Positions 1 to 13,301 of a stretch of 64,000 nt of DNA are shown here, piece after piece. The DNA comes from the human T2T-CHM13v2.0 reference genome, Homo sapiens: assembly GCF_009914755.1 (NCBI RefSeq), contig NC_060925.1; one strand, 5' to 3'. Positions within the stretch are counted from its first letter, which is position 1. Each line of letters begins with the position of its first letter. The notes below the pieces were generated by a model, which was not told the DNA's origin, searched no databases, and saw nothing but the letters and a program-made list of their open reading frames with translations. The translations under genes were made by a program, and so were the position numbers.

Positions 1-759
1 AAAATGGTCTACAGTCATTCATTTCGGGTACCTTCCTCTGGACTCTACATTTCTGGTCACTTTTCTGTCATCACCCAGCTTCTTAGGTCAGTACCCGGTG
101 ATACTCATGGTGATCCGGGAAGGCTGGACCAGGGAAGTGGAGGACAGGCTGTGCTGATGGTTTATTAAAGTCTGTGGCTTCTTACTCCTCCACAAGACTC
201 CTCATCAGAGGGTGCGGCTTGGGTCATGCTGGGCACTCAGCAGCTTTGTGGTGGGTATCGGTTTGCGCTTCCTCCCCTTTGCTTTCGATTCAATGCTTTC
301 CTGTTGCAGTCTGAGCAGCTCTATTTAACCGCAGCCTCACAGCAGCTACCACTGCATGCAAACTGGATCCATCTAGGGGCAAGTATAGGGCAACCAGAGG
401 GTAAGGGGTTGAGAGGTAAGAAAGGAGACTGCTAGAAGTCAGCTGGAAATGAAAAATTCCAAAGCTAGAATGTCACGATGAATAACAACCAAGAAAACAT
501 TCCAGTACCATGAAAAAAAGTACGTTCCAGTTTACATTCGGCTATGATTTTTAAAAACTGAACCCTAAGTTAATTAGTTCAAATACAGTTTCATTAGAAA
601 ATATCTTTGCATTTTTCAAAGAAACATATAGGATAATATAAATCCTGGCTTTAATTCAAGAATTAATAAAAAAATATTAAGAATCCCAGTTCAGTTCTGA
701 TTCAGGAATAAGATAACTGATAATTTGAGGCTAGAATTTAGTCTACAGATGTTAGAGGC

Positions 760-1810
760 CCTACAGTAGAATGCTCCGAGCAGAGGAAACAGCATCTGTG
801 AAGGCCTAGAGGCAAAAGGAAGCAGGGTGTGTTTGAAACACTGGAGGTCAGTGTGAGTGGAGTTCAGACTGATGGCAAGTTACTGATCATGAGAGGCTTA
901 TGAACCGTGATAAGAAGTTCGGACTCCATCCTAAGGACAGTGAGAAGCAACTAAAGGATTTTAAACACAAGTGGTGAATTTACAGAACTGCATTTACATA
1001 AAGAACCATCTAGTGGTTAGTGGAAAATGATCCAAGGGGAGAAAACCTGGGGGCAGGAAACTAGCAAAGGGATGTGCAAAATGCCACATAGATGGTGATC
1101 ACTTAGGCCAGTGGGGACAGGGAGAAATTGATGGATTCAAATATGTAGATTATACTGAATTTGGTTATTGACTGAATGTGGAAGGTGAGCAAAAGAGGCA
1201 TTAAGGATGAATCCTACATTTCTGCCTAGAAAAACTGGGTAGATGGTGTGGCATATGTTTGGATAAGGAGCATTATTGGAGGAATAGGTTTGAGGGAGGG
1301 AGTTGGTTAATAGGCTTTCAGGAATTTCTAATTGAAGTTCTAGAAAGCAGTCAAAAGAGGTCAGGGAAGATAGAGATTTGGAAATAATTGGCAGATAGAT
1401 CTCAATAATGCCATGGAAAGGGATAATATTTCTCACAGAAAATGTTTAGAGAGAAAAGAGGCTGATGTAGAACAGGGTTCTGAGGAACACCAGTACTTTA
1501 GGAGTAAAGAGGAGCTTGCAAAGGATGCTGAAGACCCATGACTAAGATAGGGAAAAAACAATAGTGCAAAGGAAGAGTGAATCTATCAAAGAGGATGTGA
1601 CCAAAAGCATCACATGCTACCCTGATGCCAAGTAAGATCAAGGCTGATGTATCCACTGGATTTAGTAATATGGGAGGTGGCGGGGGGGCGTTACTGTCCT
1701 GAGTGAAAGCCCTTTCAATACAATGGGAGCTGATGCCAGTTTAGATTGGGTTAAAAATTGTTTGAGAAGTGAAGAAATGGAAACAGCAAGAGCAGACATC
1801 TCATTCAGCA
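760..1810 (-). mobile_element. Ancient L2 LINE fragments
   Basis: Degenerate antisense L2 motifs (cagaggaaacagcatctgtgaaggcc; ttaaggatgaatcctacatttctgcctag). Confidence 0.6.
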
Positions 1811-2429
1811 AGCTACACATACTACTCCTTTTCCCTCTACCTCTACCCTCTAAATTCCCTTTCACGCTGTCCCTATTTGGTAAATCTTGCTCATTCCAGG
1901 ACAGGGCTGGAGTGAAGGAGATTTGCAAACAAACAAACAAAAATCTGAGGAATATATATATGTTTTTCCAGAAGCAAATTTAGCCAGGGCTGAAATTCAG
2001 GAAGTGAGTGACTTATTCCATGCTCACCAGACAAGAACTTTCAGCCAATAAAGAAGGGCTACACACTCCCTGGTGCCAATGTGGGGGTGTTGGTTACGTT
2101 AAGCCAAGAATGTGATGCAATTCTCAAGAACAGGAAGAGGTTTGGCTGGAATAGAAAGAGGACTCTGACTTGGTAGTGGTGGTAGCAGAAGTGGAGTGGG
2201 AAACAGGTAGTTTTTTCAAAAGAGTAAAGCTAGAGATTAACTGGCAAAAGCAGAAGGAATTGATAAACTGTAACTGAAAGCCTTCCTATTCCATCTCTGG
2301 TTGTAATAAAGCAGACAGAAAAAGCCTCACATTCAGAATTGGCTCTTCTAGCAATTATGAAAGAAATTACCCACCCCCTGGAGCTCTCTTGACATATAGG
2401 GTGTCCCTCTGGACTTTTTCTTCAAGCAA

Positions 2430-2550
2430 AGAGCAGCTATTTTGATTACAGATTAGAAAATTTATCTGTAAAATGGGGGATAGTAGCTATCAACTTCACA
2501 GGGCTATGGTGAGTATCAAAGGGAAAACATGTCTGTGAGAGCACCTTATA
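2430..2550 (+). mobile_element. MIR fragment
   Basis: Core motif tttatctgtaaaatggggatagtag. Confidence 0.65.
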
Positions 2551-2555
2551 CGCTA

Positions 2556-2681
2556 TTAATATGCCTAGCCTACTTATAGTAGGCTAGCCTACTAGTTACT
2601 TATAGCCTACTGCTCAAGTTATCACCAAGGTCTGATTTTTTGACAAAAAAAAAATTGCAACCTCCGGCCTAAGTGAGTTAA
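2556..2681 (+). mobile_element. MER85 piggyBac (PGBD3-derived) MITE with a rearranged 5' part
   Basis: cctactgctcaagttatcaccaaggtctgatt...aaaattgcaacctccggcctaagtgag matches the MER85 3' two-thirds; TTAA at 2556-2559 and 2678-2681. Confidence 0.85.
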
Positions 2682-3529
2682 GAACAGTTCAAATGATAGT
2701 TGCTCTTGTCATTACAAGATAATTCACTGACTAAAGATAGAAAGGCACGGGGATATTTGAATAATGAAAGAATGAGAAAGATTAGATGTAGACAACATTT
2801 TATCTGAATGACAAACATATACTCTATGATAGGAACACATTTAGACACTGCTGAGGATCACTCTTTGGACTTAGGTAGGCATCCTAAACTATAAATCAGG
2901 CCTGAACACCTTTTCTCTTACACATACAAAACAATTTATTTAAAAACTGGTGCTAAGTAGGATCTACAAATCTAGAGTTAAATGGAAAAACATGGGTAGG
3001 AGTTTCTGGAAATATAAGTCAAATAATTAACATAAGATTGAAGAAACAGTCAATTATTTTCTTCACAGGACAGAGAAAAGGAAAAATCTTATTTGGAATG
3101 AATGTTATATTTATTGTAATAGGATTAGCTTTGTCACCTAAATACCATCATTTTTAAAGGGCTATTCTTTACAGTATAGTTCTTTTCCTCTCAAGGAAAA
3201 ACTGCTTTAGACATTTTAATTGAGGAAAAGGCAGAGCCTTTGGAGTTTTGCTGCCCTCTTCTGGGAACATGAAGTCATAGCCTGAGAAATTGCTAGAGGA
3301 TCCTAAATATTGCAATATATAACAGGAATAATTCCCTTTTCCCTATCAAAAGTAAAATAACTGTGAAACTGGATGTTAGTCTCCAGAGAAAAGCCAGGAT
3401 TGTACTGGTCACAAATGCTTTTTTAAACAGTTATAATAGTAATAGAAGTGAAACAGTATGGTATACTTGTACATCACTTCAAGGTTTATAAAATCTTCAT
3501 GACCATTATTGCATTTTACCTTCTTTTAT

Positions 3530-3690
3530 CCTCAAATAGTTCAAGTGAAGTAGGCAGAACAGACGTTATTCTCATTTTCACATGGGGAAACTGAAGTACA
3601 CAGTGTCTAAAAAACTTACCTAAAGTTCTGCTAGAGTGCTGAGCTGGGCCTTGAAGTCGTCTCCCGACTCAGAGTTCAATGCTCTTTTCA
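3530..3690 (-). mobile_element. MIR
   Basis: ctcattttcacatggggaaactgaag antisense core. Confidence 0.7.
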
Positions 3691-5197
3691 CCCACTTCCC
3701 TACTGCATGCAATGTAAGTAATTTGTTTCTGTTGCAGTTACATCCCTCCTCAGCAATGTCCACATTACACCACAGTGTCCAGTAATTTATAGAAAGAAAT
3801 CTGCTGCTTTGTATATGATTCTAGCAAGGCTACGCTGTTATTGTGGCAAAAACGGATATATTTAAATTCCACAAACGAGTGGATGGGCTATAGCAGAACT
3901 TCTTAAACTTCTGCTTGGAAGTTCTTTAGTGTCTTTTTTTCTTCTTCTTCTTCTTAGATTCTTTAAAGCAAGCAGAGTTTTGTAATATTAAGTCTCAACT
4001 CTGCTACTAGGGAAAAATGAGTTTGAGAAAGACGGAAGAAAAAGTGGAGTATAAAAATTTTTAAAAATCAAGAAAAACCAATTTGAAAGTCAAAGTTCTT
4101 TTATTCTAAAGCTCTAAGTGTGCAAATAAACCCACTCTGTATATTTATGCAAATAGCTAAACAAAAGGCAGATAAATAGATATAATCTTCAGTCCATGTA
4201 TTGGCCTAACTGCTTGTCCCTGCATGCCCAGTCCAACAAACCTCACTGCCTACCTACACAACCAGCAAGTAAAAAATTGGGAGTTTAGCAGGTACAAATT
4301 GCCATCAGTTGGTCAAAACTAAGCCGGTAAAACCAGTTTCTTGGGTATGGTAAAATATTTCTTACTTTATATGGCATATTGGTCAAGGTATTTATCACTG
4401 AACTGGAGTCACTTTTTCAAAAAATTAGTTAACAGATCTGAAATGCTCATTAAATATTGTCTCCACAACATAAAAGTAATCGTAAGCATAATGGTCAATT
4501 GGAAACATTCCCAGTCCAAGATTTGTTGCTATATTTGACTTCTGTGCTTTCTCCCCAAGTCTAATTTATCTCTATGCCTTAATTTCTCCTCCTTCTTTGC
4601 CTCCATACCTTTCAATTGTTTCTGCCACCAAAGAATCAATTTCACTTGCTGTATTTTTTTCCCTTCTCCAATGTGTTTACTATATGTTGATATAATTGTA
4701 CTGGTTCTCTCTTTTGTTGCGACTTTTCAATGTGCCTTTCTTTTCCCATTTCATTACTAGACCTACACCGTTTTGCCCCACTTTTGTTTTCTTCTTTTAT
4801 TCAAATTGTGTGTACCTATGATTCATGAAACCCAGTTCCAAAAAACTTATGCATACATCTCTGTAATTCAGTGAACTTATACCATGAATATTTGTTGCAC
4901 ACCTCCAATGTGTCAGCCACTGTACCCAATGCCAAGGATTCAAATTGAATAATAATTGATCTCTATCCCAGGCATCTCATAAGGCACATAGCCAAGGAGA
5001 CAAACAAGTATGCACTGACAGCTAGTTTAAATTTGTAGGTTTTATAATAGAAATATGAACAAGTTATTGTGGGAGAATGAAAACACAGCTTCTCCCAGGT
5101 CAGAGAGTAGGGGGGTATGAGAATGTCAGAAAGGCTTTATGAAAGAGACATTTGAGCTGGGTCTTTGAAGGAAGAGCAGAACTTTACCAGGTGTCTT

Positions 5198-7972
5198 GTT
5201 TGTTTTGCTATATGCTTTATTTTACATTTTTAAAAAACTTTTCTTTAAGGTTTTGGTGTACAGATTATTTTGTTACCTGGTAATAAGCACAGTACCCAAT
5301 AGGTAGTTTTTCTGTCCTCTCCCTCCTCCCACCCTCTACCGTTAAGTAGGCCTTGGTGTCTGTTGTTCCCTTGTGTACATGTGTACTCAATGTTTAGCTC
5401 CCGCTTATAAGTGAGAATATGCGGTATTTGGTTTTCTGTTCCTACATAATTTAGCTTGGGATAATTGCCTCCAGCTCCATCCATGTTGCTGCAAAGAACA
5501 TAATCTTATTTTTTTATGGCTGTGTATATTCCACGGTGTACGTGTACCACATTTTCTTTATCCAGACTACCACTGATGGGCATTTAGGTTGATTCCATGT
5601 CTTTGCTATCGTGAATAGTGCTGCGATGAACATATGCGTGCATGTGTCTTTATGGCAGAACAATCTATATTCCTTTAGGTATATATCCAATAATGGGATT
5701 GCTGGGTCGAGTGGTAATTGTTTCAGGTTCTTTGAGAAATCACCAAAGTGCTTTGCACAACGGCTGAACTAATTTACATTCCCATTAGCAGTATATAAGT
5801 GTTCCATTTTCTCTGCAACCACGCCAGCATCTATTGCTTTTTGACTTTTTAATAGCCATTCTGATTGGTATGAGATGGTATCTCATTGTGGTTTAGATTT
5901 GCATTTCTCTAATTATTAGTGATGTGGAACATTTTTTCATATGCTTCTTGGCCACATGTATGTCTTTTTGAAAAATGTCTGTTCGTGTCATTTGCCCACT
6001 TTTTAATGAGGTTGTTTTTTGCTTATAAAGTTCCTTATAAATTCTGGATATTAGACTTCTCTAGGATGCATAGTTTGCAAATATTTTCTCTCATTCTGTA
6101 GGTTATCTGTTTACCGTGTTCACTGTTTTGTTTGTTTGTTTTTGGCTATGCTAAAGCTCTTTAATTAGATTCCATTTGTCAATTTTTGTTTTAGTTGCAA
6201 TTGTTTTTGGCATCTTTGTTATGAAATCTTTGCCAGGTCCTATTCCAGAATAGTATTTCCCAGGCTACCTTCCACGGCTTTTATAGTTTTAGGTTTTATA
6301 TCTAAGTCTTTACTTCATATGAGTTGATTTTTGTATATGGCAAAGGGAAGGGGTCCAGTTTCAATCTTATGCATATGGCTAGCCACTTATTTCAGCACCA
6401 TTTATTGAATAGGGAGTCCTTTTCTCATTGCTTGTTTTTGTCAACTTTTTTCAAATATCAGATCATAGGTGTGCAGCATTATTTCTGGGCTCTTTTCTGT
6501 TCCATTGGTCTATGTGTCTGTTTTTGTACCAGTACCCTGCTGTTTTGGTTACCGAAGCCTTGTATTATAGTTGAAATTGGGTAGTGTAATGCCTTCAGCT
6601 TTGTTCATTTTGCTTAAGATTGTTATGGCTATTCAGGCTCTTTTTTAAGTTCCATATGAATTTTAAAAGTTTTTTTTTCTAATTCTGTGAAGTATGTCAC
6701 TGGTAGTTTCATAGGAATAGCATTGAATCCATAAACTGCATTGGGAAGTACAGCCATTTTAACAACACTAATTCTTCCTATCCATGAGCATGGAATCTTT
6801 TTCCATTTGTTTGTGTCATCTCTGATTTGAGTAGTGTTGTAATTCTTTTTGTAGAGATCTTTCACCTCCCTTGTTATCTATATTTCTAGGTATTTTTGTG
6901 TGTGTATGGCTATTGTGAATGAGATTGCATTCTTGATTTTGACCCTCAGATTGAATGCTATTGGTGTATAGAAATGCCACTAATTTTTGTACATTAATTT
7001 TGTATCCTGAAACTTTGCTAATTGTTTATCAGATCAAAGAGCTTTTAGGCAAAGACTATGGGGTTTTCTACAGAATCATATTGTCTGCAGAGATAGTTTG
7101 ACTTCCTCTTTTCCTTGGATGTCTTATATTTCTTTCTCTAACAGGTTATCTCTGACTAGGACTCTCAGTACTATGTTGAATAGGATTGGTGAGAGTGGGC
7201 ATCTTTGTCTTATTCTGGTTCTCACAGGGAGTATTTCTAGCATTTGGCCCATTCAGTATGATGTTGGCTGTGGGCTTATCATAGATGGCTCTTATTTTGA
7301 AGTATGTTCCTCTAATGCCTAGTTTGCTGAGGGTTTTTAACATGAAGGGATGTTGAATTTTATTGAAAGCCCTTTCTGCATCTATTGAGATGACCATGTG
7401 GTTTTTGTTTTTAGTTGTTTATGTGATGAATCACATTTATTGATTTGCATATGTTGAACCAAACTTGCATCCCAGGGATAAAGCTTGCTTGATTGTGGTG
7501 GATTCGTTTTTGACATGCTGCTGGGCTTGGTTTGCTAGTCCAGCAAATTGAGTCATTGAGGATTTTTGCATCTATGTTCCTCAAAGTTATCCATATTCAG
7601 AACTCTATTTTTGTCATGTCAGCCTGGTTAAGAACCACTGTTGAGGAAATAGTGCAGTTGCTTGAAGGTAAGAAGGCACTCTGGCTTTTTGAGTTGCCGG
7701 AGTTCTTGTGCTGGTTCTCACCTGTGTGGTCTGATGTTGCTTCAACCTTTGAAGTTGCTGTTTCTTGGATAGGTTTTTCTGCTTTTGTCTTCTTTGATGC
7801 CCTTGGTGGTCTGAATATTGCATATAATGGGCTCAGCCAAGTGGCCTCATTTCTGGAAGACTGTAGGGGCCAAGGCTGAGCTCAGCACTCATGAGCTGTG
7901 TGTTCTAACTCTGAGGAGGCTGGTATTGGACCTCTGGCTTTGTTTTCTAGCCCCTCAAGGTTAGGAGCCTAG
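5198..7972 (-). mobile_element. Older primate L1 (L1PA13-16/L1PB-like) with a large internal deletion
   Basis: 3' UTR and T-rich tail at left; ORF2 remnants (ORFs 6629..6865, 7146..7397); ORF1 start/5' region at right; TSD caggtgtctt at 5188-5197 and 7973-7982. Confidence 0.9.
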
Positions 7973-7976
7973 CAGG

Positions 7977-8393
7977 TGTCTTAAACTGTTTTCTGTTGCG
8001 ATAATAGAATACCTGAGAGTGGGTAACTTATTAAAAAGAGTTTTATTTAGCACTTGGTTCTGTTGGCTGGGAAATTCAGGATCAGGCAGCTGTATCTGGT
8101 GGGTTCTCATGACTGCCTCATGCTGCATCAAAACATCGTAGAGAAACAGAAGGGGACCGAGTTTGTGCAAACAAAAAGCGCAAAATAGAAGAGGCAGCAT
8201 TGTTTTATAACAACTCACTCTCTTGGGAACTAACCATTCCCAGGAGAACCCAGTCTCAGTGTCAAGAGAAAGATGTTAATCCATCTTAGCAACCTAATTA
8301 CCTCTTAAAAGTACCATCTCCCAACACTATTACATTGGCAATTGAACTACAACATGAGTTTTGGAGGGGCCAAACAACATGCAAACCATAGCA
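7977..8393 (-). mobile_element. MST-family (ERVL-MaLR) solo LTR
   Basis: tgtctt...aaaccatagca termini; GCAGG repeated at 7972-7976 and 8394-8398. Confidence 0.85.
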
Positions 8394-8667
8394 GCAGGTT
8401 TAAAGGTAAAAGGATGGGAGAAAAGTACACAGAAAGATATTCTGGAGAAAAGGCACAGAGTGAGCCAAGGCACAAGGTAAAATGTTTGACTGGTTAGAGA
8501 CGCTAGATTATTTTGTGTGGCTAAGACAAAACAAAGCTGGTGGGGAGTGGCAGGAGGTAAGTCTAGAATGGCACAATGGGGCCAGACTGCGAATGGCAAA
8601 CAAGTATGTGATCTTTTATTCTAAAGAAAATGTAGTATGATTAGCACACACACACACAAAAATTATT

Positions 8668-9003
<336 letters not shown>

Positions 9004-11479
9004 TCAGTAAGGAGGGTACTCCAAGAATCCATGTTAAAGTTAATGAGGGCTTGAACCCAAACATAAAGGATGGAAATGATGTAATAAAATACCTTTTGAA
9101 AGTTATATTAAAAAATTTTTGGTTAATAGTCTAGTTAGAGGTGAAAGAAGAAAGCAGAGGAGTCTAATGCAATGCGTGACTTGTAGCTCAGGTAAAGGGG
9201 TGGCAGGTGACGCTTAAATACTAGAAATATAAGAAGCAGCACAGGTTTGGTTTTATCTTTGAGAACAATGGAGTGGAGGTATGCTTTAGATGCAATTATT
9301 TATGGGATATTCAAAACAGATATATATGAAGCAAAAAACTTGGGCCCAAAAAACAAGTTTGAAGGTATATTTGGGAGTTACCAGTAATATAGGTAACTGT
9401 TGAAGCTCTAAATATAGAAGACAAACTAGAGGAGCTTGTTTCTTGAAGAATTCTTGTCACACTTGACATTTTTTACAGAGATTTCTTAAAACAGGGGCAT
9501 ATCTTCTTTGGCTAACATATGCAGACTAAAATGAAAGAGTATAGTATATTATAAAATCAATAAAAGGTAAGATAAATTTAGGCCTAAAAATAAAGAATAA
9601 ATACACTCAGTTGATTCTGAAGCTCTAATTTACAGATGCAAAATTGTACCAGTACATTAACTCATATGTCAAAACAACATCTAGAGAAACAAAAAATGAA
9701 AGTAAAATGGAAAAAGATAAAAGAAGTGAGGCAAGGAGAAGAGAATGGACAAAAGGAGATAGGAAAAACAGGAATTTTTTTTTTAAGGGCTAAAATTTTA
9801 GTGAATCAGATGTGGAAAACAGTTGGATTAACATTGAGATCAAATGAGAAAGGAGCAAATAAGGAAAGAGGTATTACAAACCAAGAGTAAAAAAGGGAAA
9901 ACAAAATAACAAAAGCAAAAACTATTTAAAAAGAATAAAGGAAGACGTGATAATGAAGTAAATTTAAAAAGTACGGAATAATAAAAAGAAATTGCAAAAA
10001 ATAACTTTTGAAAATAAACATACTAATAACTTGACAATAAAGTGAAATGTGTAAGACAAACGTATCTGTGTCATTATTTAGGAGTAGTGAAAAGTACTCT
10101 TAAATAATAATTTGGTATCTAGCAGGCCTGGATTTGAATCTACTTTAACTTGCTAGCTATGTGACCTTGGGCAAGCAAAGAAACTCCTCATAACCATTGT
10201 AATAATACCAGCAAAATGCCTTACACTTACGGCTCAAAAAATGAAGGAAATGAGAGAAAAAAGTATAGATTACTATATGGAAGTCAAATTTCTAGTGACT
10301 TTTCTAATCCAAACATGAATTGTTACAGTACTTGAAATAAACTTTATGAGAACTGAGTGACTACATTGCTTCAGATAGTTTTATACTGCTAGGTCAACGC
10401 TGCCTGACAGTAATAAGAATAGGATGTGAGATTCAATATGCTCATTCTATCTCAAACTCTGTCACACATACAATGACTGCTATTTACCTTCCTCCTGAGC
10501 CATCTGGGAAAAAACCAACCAACCAACCAACCAAACAAAAGAAAAACCCACCAGGTAGGAGTCAGTTAGTTCTGCTAACTAACTAACCAAAAACCTTAAT
10601 TGTATGGCCATCAGCACCCTAGCCCTTTGTCATGAAAGCTACCAATAAGGTGGAAATTTAAAATATGAGATATTTTATTATACATGTTTTATTAAACCCT
10701 ATATGTGCAGAAATGATTGTCCATTTTCCTTCTTAACTTGCTTTTGTAAGACTTATTAAGTAGAAAATATAAATCTCAAGCTCCTTAAATGTGATTTTGA
10801 GGAACTGAGACCAAAACAATTTTTTGCTGTGGAACCAGATCCTTGAATGCACTACAGGAAAATATTATTTGATATGAAATTTTTTTGGTACACACAATTT
10901 TTCAAAAATATATCTCTCTCCACAAAGTTAATTCAAATTGTAGAATTCTTCCAAGTCACAGATGGAGTTTTCAAGGCTCTGGGTACTTACCTTTGAGTTC
11001 CACATCCTTTATCTCTGGAGCTCTTAACTGAGGGAACATGGACCATTAGGTCATGAACAGACTTTGTAGTCTTTGAACAGCCTGAAACAGTATGTGATAC
11101 TTGATGTGCATGTACACAGGAACATTTTTCTAGAGTAATGGCACATACCTTTCATCAGATTTTCAAAGGTTTCTCAAAATGCTCAAGAACCATTGTTAGA
11201 TATTTAAATAACCAGAGTGTACAGTGTCCAAATATTTCCAAATTTTGACACTTGTAAGATGTCTTAATTAAAACAAGCCATGAAGTTCAGCGTCACAATA
11301 ACCAGAAAAGCACTTGTGAGAGTAGTTCTATGTCTTTACTTCCTAGTGGTTTACACACTCTTTAACCCATATGGCAATCTGGCTTCTGTCTCCAGTGCTC
11401 TGGAATTACTTCTGCCTGTATGATTAAGTTCCTCATTGTTAAATTCGAAAATACATTCTTTGGTATTTATTTGACCTCT

Positions 11480-11690
11480 TGGTGGTAATATAGCGTAAGA
11501 GCACAGACTCTGGAGCCAAACTGCCTAGGTTCAAATCTTAGCTCTATTACTTTCTAACTCTGTGACTTTGGGCAAATGACTTAACTCTCTCATGCCTCAA
11601 AGCAGAATCCTTTGTAAGGTTTATTTATATAGTGGTGTAAAGAGTACTTACTTCAAAAGCTTTGGTCAGTGTGAGAAATAAGCTCCTAAC
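11480..11690 (+). mobile_element. MIR within L2 fragments (11340-12260)
   Basis: gcacagactctggagccaaactgcctaggttcaaatc...tgtgactttgggcaa. Confidence 0.75.
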
Positions 11691-12487
11691 AAAGAAAGTG
11701 TTATGTAATAGTTATTATCTGGTACCTCTGATCACAACATTTTTGAAAATCACTTGAAATCTGCCTAAGTTTCATTCTGCCTTTGATGGCTCCTTATTTT
11801 CATCTCCCTACTTCAGGCTTCCTCCCTAATATATCTTTTATGCCAATATTATGATCACTTGAAACTATAAATCTGATGCCATCCTTGGCCACTACCATTA
11901 AGATGGTCTAAACTCCTCAGCATGATAGACAAGTCCCTTTATGATAGTGTACCCATCTAGTTCTCATTCCTCAAGTCTCCTCTGTTGTCTATGCTTACCC
12001 TATGGGCTAAGCTGAATCAAGCTGTTACATTTCCAAAATATGCCTCACTGTCTTTATTCATGCCTTTGCACATGCCATTGACTCTTCCTAGAATGCCCCA
12101 TTCTCCTTCTCTAGAAAGTCTTCTCTTAACATACTTCTTCCCAAAATAAATTAGGTGTCCTTTCTTAATATGCCTCCAATAACCCCATACAGTATTTATC
12201 CCATTCTATTTTAGATGCCAGTTTGGTTGATGATACATTTCATCTAGTCAGATCTTCCCACTGCCTCTTATAAAGAAAACCAGGAGCCATATTATGATAT
12301 TCTTGTTCTCTAATTTTTCTGCTGCCCTGATCTTAAACCACTTTCTTCTCCCTTTGTTGACAATTACCCCACCCCTTATTTCTTAATTAGCCCAACAAGA
12401 TTAGATAGAAATGTATCTACAAAGGATATATGTATATAAATTAACTAGATAACAAAACTTCACACTGAAGTGAACATTCTACAAGTA

Positions 12488-12493
12488 TTTATT
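12488..12493 (-). terminator. Candidate distal polyadenylation signal AATAAA
   Basis: tttatt on the plus strand; downstream minus-strand GTGTGAAGTTTTGTT GU-rich element. Confidence 0.55.
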
Positions 12494-13295
12494 TCATTGC
12501 TGACCATTAGGTTGCAGCATGCAACTCTCAACAATGAGCTGCCCCTCTCCACTCCTATAGAAGCTCCAAATACTATGGTACCACTATGTAGGTTTTCAGC
12601 CTTTCAAAGGCTTTTATTATTAACATCATCATTACTTCAGCAGGAGCCTTTTAGGGACTTAAAAGCACTGATTATCTATAAAAAGTAACTTCATATTTCA
12701 TGCACAAAATTCCCAATTGGCAGATTTAGGTCCATAAAAGAAAGGAAAAAAATTATTCTAGTTATATAAATTATCAGGAATAAAATAGCATTTCTCCTTG
12801 CCTTGTTATAAGGAAATAATATATTTTTCCTTACCAGGAATCAGGATAGTATCTTTGATGATCCCTCAGGGTTATAAAATTGCTTACTGGTTAAAGTTTT
12901 TTGCCAAAGATATTAAGAAATAAAAAGTTCGCTCATTTTCCTGTGCAATTTAAAGAAATATTTGCAGTATGTACAGGAATTTTAAGTTATATTGCAGACC
13001 CTGGCAATAATATTTAAAAGGCCTATTTTCCCCATTAAAAAATTCTACCTCAGAAGGTAAAAGGAAATCTCCATCATCCCTGAGCAGAAAAGGAAAAAAT
13101 CATGGGTACTTTAATTAGTTAATAGAAACCACTGTAAATGAGTTATCTATCTCCAGAACATTCTCAGAGAATTTACACGAACTAAAACAGGAATGAAGTG
13201 CTCTCAGAGACTTTTTCTCAGGTAAATGTATTTAGTAGTTTGAGTAGTTGATCTGCAAAAACTTTAACTTTAATTAACTACATAGATGAATATTT

Positions 13296-13301
13296 TTTAT
13301 T
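13296..13301 (-). terminator. Candidate proximal polyadenylation signal AATAAA
   Basis: tttatt on the plus strand about 1 kb past the stop; U/GU-rich sequence downstream on the minus strand. Confidence 0.55.

Noticed and set aside
150-435. Unique-looking sequence with a 69-aa ORF and a minus-strand AATAAA near 161
   Set aside because: No recognisable homology or convincing exon structure; cannot be supported without transcript data.
9600-10030. A-rich tract with an 84-aa Lys-rich ORF
   Set aside because: Low-complexity purine-rich DNA.
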